In this document: positions 59,029 to 64,000 of the stretch, piece after piece
How the letters are laid out: each line of letters begins with the position of its first letter
How positions within the stretch are numbered: the stretch's first letter is position 1
NCBI GenBank assembly: GCA_963845515.1
Contig: CAWJSR010000023.1
Span: 128,001 to 192,000, forward strand
DNA length: 64,000 nucleotides
Direction: 5' to 3'
Origin: an uncultured delta proteobacterium
GTDB taxonomy: Bacteria; Myxococcota; Myxococcia; Myxococcales; Anaeromyxobacteraceae
The notes under the pieces: model-generated
Database searches by the model: none
The model's input: the letters and a program-made list of their open reading frames with translations, nothing else
What the model was told of the DNA's origin: nothing
Made by a program: the position numbers and the translations under genes

Positions 59029-60273
59029 CTAGGCCGGGGCGGGCTGGGCCGCCGCCTGCTTCGCCTTGCAGCACGGCCTGGCGGTCCGCTCCTCGCGCGG
59101 CAGGAAGGCGCGCCCCTCCTCGATCCTGTAGATGTCGTGGACGAGGGTCAGAGGGGCGGCGTTGGCGTCGTAGATCTGGTCCCACGTGTAGCCGGCCTTC
59201 CGGTAGATCTCGGCCGTCTGCTTCGCGACATCGAGGTGCCACGCCGGCTCGGGTGCGCGGTGCCCTTCGAGCGCCGAGCCGGGGTTGGGGAACCAGTTTG
59301 GCGAGATCGCCAGGATCCCCTTGGACGTGAGGTGCTCGATCCCCTCCAGCGTAGAGGCCTTGCTCTCGAGGCCGCCCACCATGTTGGAGCGCACGCGGCC
59401 GCGGCCGAAGACGTCTACCGCGCGCTCCAGCGCGTTGATCCAGTGCTTCTGGCCACCGCAGAGCTGGTCCTTGCCGGGGCAGTAGGCCCGGAAGAAGTGC
59501 TCGTTCCAGACCTCGATGTTGATCGCGAGCGTCCTGAACCCGACCTCCCTGTACTTCTCGATGATGGAGAGGTCCTGCGGCGCGCCGATGCAGGCGGTGC
59601 CGTTGAAGTCGGTCAGCCCGGTGTGCTCCTTGATGCTCTCGGCGACGTCCAGGTAGTAGTCCACCTCGCGCCGCTCCGGCACGAAGCCGCCGCTGATGGT
59701 GACGTGGCGCGCGCCGTCGGCGTACGCCGCCGCGACCGTCTCACCGATCTGGCGCGGGTACTTCCACTTCACCCCCTCGGCGTCGCCGTAGGTGTCCCGG
59801 GTCGCGTTGATGTTGCAGAAGAGGCAGTCCTTGCCGGTGGACTTGAGCGAGCACTCGTTGCTGTACGCCACGAAGACGACACCGTCGGTGTTGTTCACCG
59901 CGACCGTCTTCATGGCCGTCCCGTCAGAGGTCTTCTTCGCGTAGTAGGCTGGCCGCTTCACGAAGTCGACCGGGATGGACTCTCCGTCCCGGCGGACGAC
60001 GAAGTACTGCGTCCCGTCGCGCTCGAGCCTGTTGGCGGAGCGGCGCGTGTAGTTGAAGAGCGTGACGAGCCCGTTCGGCAGGACGAGGTAAGGGGGCAGC
60101 TCGAGCCCGACGTGCGTGTCGGTGTCGTACTCGAAGAGGCAGTGAACCTGCTCCTGGAGCCTCCCGCCCACGTCGAGCCCCTCGAAGATCCTGGGGTCGA
60201 AGTTGATCCCCTCCTGGCCGAGCTCGGCCTTCAGCTGGAGCTCGCGGTACAGCACGTCCTTGTCGGCAGCCAT
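59029..60273 (-). CDS. Radical SAM protein, non-canonical CX8CX2C (paralog 1)
   Basis: SNECSLKSTGKDCLFCNIN, SGG motif, NIEVW, CPGK, SNMVGGLE. Confidence 0.85.
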   Translation of the reverse strand: MAADKDVLYRELQLKAELGQEGINFDPRIFEGLDVGGRLQEQVHCLFEYDTDTHVGLELPPYLVLPNGLVTLFNYTRRSANRLERDGTQYFVVRRDGESIPVDFVKRPAYYAKKTSDGTAMKTVAVNNTDGVVFVAYSNECSLKSTGKDCLFCNINATRDTYGDAEGVKWKYPRQIGETVAAAYADGARHVTISGGFVPERREVDYYLDVAESIKEHTGLTDFNGTACIGAPQDLSIIEKYREVGFRTLAINIEVWNEHFFRAYCPGKDQLCGGQKHWINALERAVDVFGRGRVRSNMVGGLESKASTLEGIEHLTSKGILAISPNWFPNPGSALEGHRAPEPAWHLDVAKQTAEIYRKAGYTWDQIYDANAAPLTLVHDIYRIEEGRAFLPREERTARPCCKAKQAAAQPAPA

Positions 60274-60288
60274 CGGTGCAACTCCTGT

Positions 60289-61722
60289 TCAGGTGTGGGG
60301 CAGCTGGAGCGGGGTTCTTGAGGGAGGGATCGAGAGGGCACAGCCCGAAGCAGGACGGCGAGCGGTGCCAGCAGCCGGCTCGAGCGTCTCCTGGCGCGGT
60401 TCGGCGCGGCTCGTCGCCGCTGCCCGCTCCCGCCGGACGGCGCCGAGCAGCTCCTCCACGAGCGTCACCGCGCCGTCGACTCCGGCGAAGCTGCGGCGAA
60501 GGACCGGGACCGCGTGGACGGGGGCAGCCGTCTCCACGAGGGCGGCGCCGAGGCCGCGGGCGGCGTAATGCTCGAGCGCGCTGCCCAGGATGAGCTCCGG
60601 GCCCGAAGCGGCGAGCGCGCGGGCGATCTCCTGCCGGCTCTCGAGGAACTGGACGTCGACCCCGCCCCCCGCGATCGCGCGGATCGAGGCGGCGATGGAC
60701 GCGTGGCGCTGCGCCGGAGGGCGATCGGTGACGATCACCTGCTCGACCAGCTGTCCCAGCGTCCCGGAGAGGAAGCGGGCCTGGCCGACTGCCGCGGCGG
60801 TCCCGCCCACCACTGCGATCCGCTCCTGGACGTCTCCGAGCAGGAGGCTGGGCGCGGCCTTCTTGAGGAAGTGGCGCAGGCGCGAGTCCAGGCGCGCCCG
60901 GGCGGCATCGACGGTCCTTCCGTCGAGCGAGAGCGCCTCGGCCACCTTCTCCACGAGGAGCGCGGCGTCGCGGCTCCCGACCGGCAGGAACCCGAGGTCC
61001 ACGACCGGCGTGCCATGGCGATCGGCGAGCAGCCGCGCAGCCTCGAGCCCCCACGGCGAGAGCACGACGTTGACGCGCGCGAGGGGCGCCTGGCGCCAGG
61101 CAGCGGTCCCCTGGCCGAGGCCGACCAGCCGGTTCGACCGGAGGCCGAGCTCGGCCAGGATCCCCTCGACCGCCAGGAGGTCCCCCTCCCAACCCGGATC
61201 GCGGCCTGGGACCACTCCCAGCAGGTTCACGTCGGGCCTGTCGCCGCCAGCCTCTGGAGCCAGGATCGACGGGAGCTGCTCGAGGAGCGCGCGCGCGGTG
61301 GAGGCGTAGCCCGTCCAGCCGTTCCCCTTGAAGCCGGGGGCGGCGATCCCGAGGACCGGGAAGCGCTGCTCGGTCGCCTCCTTCACCATCGCGGGCACGT
61401 CGTCCCCGACCACCTCGGGGACGCAGCCGGTGACGACGACGTAGAGGTCGCCAGTGAGCACCTTCAGGGTGTTCTTGATCTGCTCCCGCAGGCGCGAGGT
61501 GCCGCCGAAGACGACCTGCTTCTCGTGCAGGACCGTCGCGCTCGTCTCGCCAGACGAGGAGGCGAGCTGGCCGAGGCCGCCGGCGAAGGCGTCGCCGGAG
61601 ACCCGAGCCGCGACGGCGCACCCGGCGCTGGCGTGGAGGATCGGCACCACGCCGCCGACGGCCTCGAGCAGGCGGAGCGCGCCGTGGAGGGCGCAGCCAT
61701 TCCGGTCTTCGTGCAGGGCCAT
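60289..61722 (-). CDS. Nitrogenase component-1 beta-like subunit (NifK/MarK-like)
   Basis: NGCALHGA, HASAGC, VVFGG..RL, TGCVPEVVGDDV, PGFKG; the three N-terminal cluster Cys are retained. Confidence 0.88.
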   Translation of the reverse strand: MALHEDRNGCALHGALRLLEAVGGVVPILHASAGCAVAARVSGDAFAGGLGQLASSSGETSATVLHEKQVVFGGTSRLREQIKNTLKVLTGDLYVVVTGCVPEVVGDDVPAMVKEATEQRFPVLGIAAPGFKGNGWTGYASTARALLEQLPSILAPEAGGDRPDVNLLGVVPGRDPGWEGDLLAVEGILAELGLRSNRLVGLGQGTAAWRQAPLARVNVVLSPWGLEAARLLADRHGTPVVDLGFLPVGSRDAALLVEKVAEALSLDGRTVDAARARLDSRLRHFLKKAAPSLLLGDVQERIAVVGGTAAAVGQARFLSGTLGQLVEQVIVTDRPPAQRHASIAASIRAIAGGGVDVQFLESRQEIARALAASGPELILGSALEHYAARGLGAALVETAAPVHAVPVLRRSFAGVDGAVTLVEELLGAVRRERAAATSRAEPRQETLEPAAGTARRPASGCALSIPPSRTPLQLPHT

Positions 61723-61724
61723 GC

Positions 61725-63128
61725 CTACTTCACCTCGTGCTTGATGAACCAGTGGGTGCTCTTTCCGAGCCAGCCGGGCTGGTAGAGCGGGGCGTCCTCC
61801 TCCGCGAGGAAGCGCGCGAAGGACGGATGGGCGAGCCGGCGCGAGACCGCGGCGGCGAAGCGCTCCGCGCCCGCGTAGCCGAGGATTGGAACGGCCTGGA
61901 GATCCAGCACGGGTATCCCGAGCCGGAGCGCGTGGACTGCGGCGCTGCCGCTGCCGACGTAGAGATCCGGCTTCAGCGACGCGAGGAGGTTCACCTCCTC
62001 GAAGGCCTGCCCCTCGCCGACGAGAACGCGGAGCCCCGGGTTGGCCGCGGCCAGCGCCTCCAGCGGCGAGGCGTGGCGGGCCGAGACCGTCGTGAGCCCG
62101 ATGCCGGCGAGGCCCAGGCCCAGCTCACCGATCAGCTCGGCGACCCCAAGGGCCTGCTGCGGTGGAAGGCTGACGAAGATCCGTGCTCCAGCGTGGGGCG
62201 CCGTCCGCTCTAGCGCGCCGGCGAGCCGGCGCGCGTGGCGCGTGGCCACCTCGGCGGCCTGCACCGCGCGGCCGGTCGCTTCGCCTACGGCCGCCAACCA
62301 GCGGGTCGTCCCGACGAAGCCGATGGGAGGGGGCGGAGCGAGGTAGGGAACTCCCCGCAGCCGCCGCAGCGCCTCGCCGGCGTACTCGGCCTCGTCGGGA
62401 TCGATGGAGATCGAGAGGCGAGAGGAGGCCACGCGCCCAAGCTCGGAGACGCGCGCCGACCGGGGGAAGAGGACGCTGTCGATGCCGACCTCTCCCAGGA
62501 GCGCCCTGAGCGCGTGGGTCTCCTCGGCCCCCTCGGCGATCGAGAGGAGGGTGACGTGGTCGCCCGCGCTCCCGTGGCGCCCAGGCAGCAGGTGGGACGC
62601 GAGGGCGTGGACGGCCACGTCGTGTCCGGTCGCGGCGACCTTGGAGCGGAACCCGTCGGCGAAGACCGGAAAGACCGGGATCCCCAGCTCGTCGCGCAGC
62701 TCGATGGTCGCCGAGAGGATGTCGTCGTTGTTGATGGCGACCACGGGCGTGGCGACGACCGCGATCGCGCGCGGCGACCGGGTCGCGAAGAGCCCCCGGA
62801 TCGCGTCGTGCAGCTTGTCGTCTCCCCCCATGATCGAGTCGCGCTGGTCGAGCCCCGTCACGACCCACGGTGCGCTCGCTCCCTCCGCGTGCAGGCTGGC
62901 GGCGCAGCCTGCAGGTCCGTCGACCACGATCCCGAGCCCGTCGACCGACCGGAGCAGCGAGAGCGCCCGCTGCACGTCGCTGGGCGTGTCCTGGCTGAAC
63001 GTCCGGACCCGCTGGGCGAGCGGGCCGGCGGCCGCGTCGCGGGCGAGCGCCTCGACGGTGCCGGAGAAGGCGGCGATGACCCCGGTGCGCTTCTCACGGA
63101 TCGGGGCGGTGCGCTGAAGGCTCGACAT
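61725..63128 (-). CDS. Nitrogenase component-1 alpha-like subunit (NifD/MarD-like) with degenerate cluster ligands
   Basis: REKR, FSQ, GPAGC, MGGDDKL, NDDI, DGFRSK, GYAG; only one Cys in 467 aa. Confidence 0.85.
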   Translation of the reverse strand: MSSLQRTAPIREKRTGVIAAFSGTVEALARDAAAGPLAQRVRTFSQDTPSDVQRALSLLRSVDGLGIVVDGPAGCAASLHAEGASAPWVVTGLDQRDSIMGGDDKLHDAIRGLFATRSPRAIAVVATPVVAINNDDILSATIELRDELGIPVFPVFADGFRSKVAATGHDVAVHALASHLLPGRHGSAGDHVTLLSIAEGAEETHALRALLGEVGIDSVLFPRSARVSELGRVASSRLSISIDPDEAEYAGEALRRLRGVPYLAPPPPIGFVGTTRWLAAVGEATGRAVQAAEVATRHARRLAGALERTAPHAGARIFVSLPPQQALGVAELIGELGLGLAGIGLTTVSARHASPLEALAAANPGLRVLVGEGQAFEEVNLLASLKPDLYVGSGSAAVHALRLGIPVLDLQAVPILGYAGAERFAAAVSRRLAHPSFARFLAEEDAPLYQPGWLGKSTHWFIKHEVK

Positions 63129-63143
63129 GGCGGCGCGCCTCCC

Positions 63144-64000
63144 TCAGATCCCGGCCTGTGCCGAGACGACGCCCTGCTCGCTCTCGAGCACGAGGCTGCC
63201 CCACTTCCTGGCCCACGCTCGGAGGTCGTTTACGGCGAGCGGCTTGGGGATGACCGCCGACCGGTCCTCCAGGACCGTCCTGGCGAGCTGCCGGTAGACG
63301 TCGGCCTGCGCCGACGTCGGGCTCGCCTCGATCACCGTCTGCCCATACAGCTCGGCCTGCGCGACGGTCGTCGAGCGCGGGACGTACTGGATCGCCCGCG
63401 TCCCCGTCGTCGCGGCGAAGTCGTCGATGAGCGAGCGGGCGTACGGCGCCACGAGCGAGTTGGCGATGATCCCGCCGAGCTTGGCGCCGCCCGACGGGGC
63501 GTACTTGTTGATGGCGCGGAAGAGGTTGTTGGCGGCGTAGATCGACATGAAGTCCGAGGACGACACGACGTAGACGCGGTCTGTGAGCCCCTCCCGGATC
63601 GGGACGGCGAAGCCGCCGCACACCACGTCGCCGAGGACGTCGTAGAGGACGACGTCCGGCTTGAACTCCTCGAAGAGGTGCAGCTCGCGGAGCAGCTCGA
63701 TCGCTGCGTTGATGCCGCGCCCCGCGCAGCCGACGCCGGGGACCGGACCGCCCGCCTCGATGCAGAGGACGCCGGAGAAGCCGACCGCAGAGACGTCGGA
63801 GAGCTTCACCTGGGAGCCGTCCCGCGTGGCGTCGAGGACGCTGGGGAGGTAGGCGCCCCCGCGAAGGGTGTTGGTCGAGTCGCTCTTCGGATCGCACCCG
63901 ATCTGGATGACCCGGCTCCCGCCCTCGGCGAGGGCGGCGGCGAGGTTCGAGGTGGTGGTGGACTTGCCGATGCCACCCTTTCCATAGACGGCGATGTGCT
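63144..64000 (-). CDS. Nitrogenase iron-protein-like reductase (NifH group IV, MarH-like); 5' end beyond window
   Basis: [66 protein letters not shown]. Confidence 0.95.
   Translation of the reverse strand, partial: HIAVYGKGGIGKSTTTSNLAAALAEGGSRVIQIGCDPKSDSTNTLRGGAYLPSVLDATRDGSQVKLSDVSAVGFSGVLCIEAGGPVPGVGCAGRGINAAIELLRELHLFEEFKPDVVLYDVLGDVVCGGFAVPIREGLTDRVYVVSSSDFMSIYAANNLFRAINKYAPSGGAKLGGIIANSLVAPYARSLIDDFAATTGTRAIQYVPRSTTVAQAELYGQTVIEASPTSAQADVYRQLARTVLEDRSAVIPKPLAVNDLRAWARKWGSLVLESEQGVVSAQAGI

Noticed and set aside
60289..64000. Bona fide nifHDK nitrogen fixation cluster
   Set aside because: The D-like subunit lacks most P-cluster and FeMo-co ligands, no nifENB is visible, and the context is sulfur metabolism.

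Overview
Very GC-rich bacterial window; gene content and synteny suggest Myxococcota (Anaeromyxobacter-like, inferred). Scattered single-base indels in conserved genes (ligA, cysK, sulfite reductase, porin) look like long-read consensus errors. 1-10 kb: housekeeping genes (ligA, acyP, SUI1, B12 radical SAM, RNase E/G, YihY, IHF). 10-18.3 kb: a minimal sigma54-driven T3SS-like export cluster with a needle/filament-like subunit but no ATPase or secretin. 19.7-64 kb: a large sulfur-acquisition island. It holds a sulfonate-type ABC transporter with a QueG-like Fe-S protein, metY, cysK, sulfite reductase, a SAM-II-riboswitch-led thrC-like/sulfur-carrier/moeZ/cysM/mec operon, cysDNH-cysTWA-sbp and transsulfuration genes. 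Its promoters share a recurring palindrome TCCGTTATAACGGA. Embedded in the island are an arsR-methyltransferase-hgcA-hgcB mercury-methylation operon and, converging on it, an unannotated gene with two in-frame UGA codons (U-x7-U) in an HMA-like domain, each followed by a SECIS-like hairpin. The window ends in a nitrogenase-like operon: a MarH-like reductase, a D-like subunit with only one Cys, a K-like subunit, two tandem CX8CX2C radical SAM paralogs, an SDR and an MFS transporter. This operon and the double-Sec protein are the best candidates for undescribed systems.
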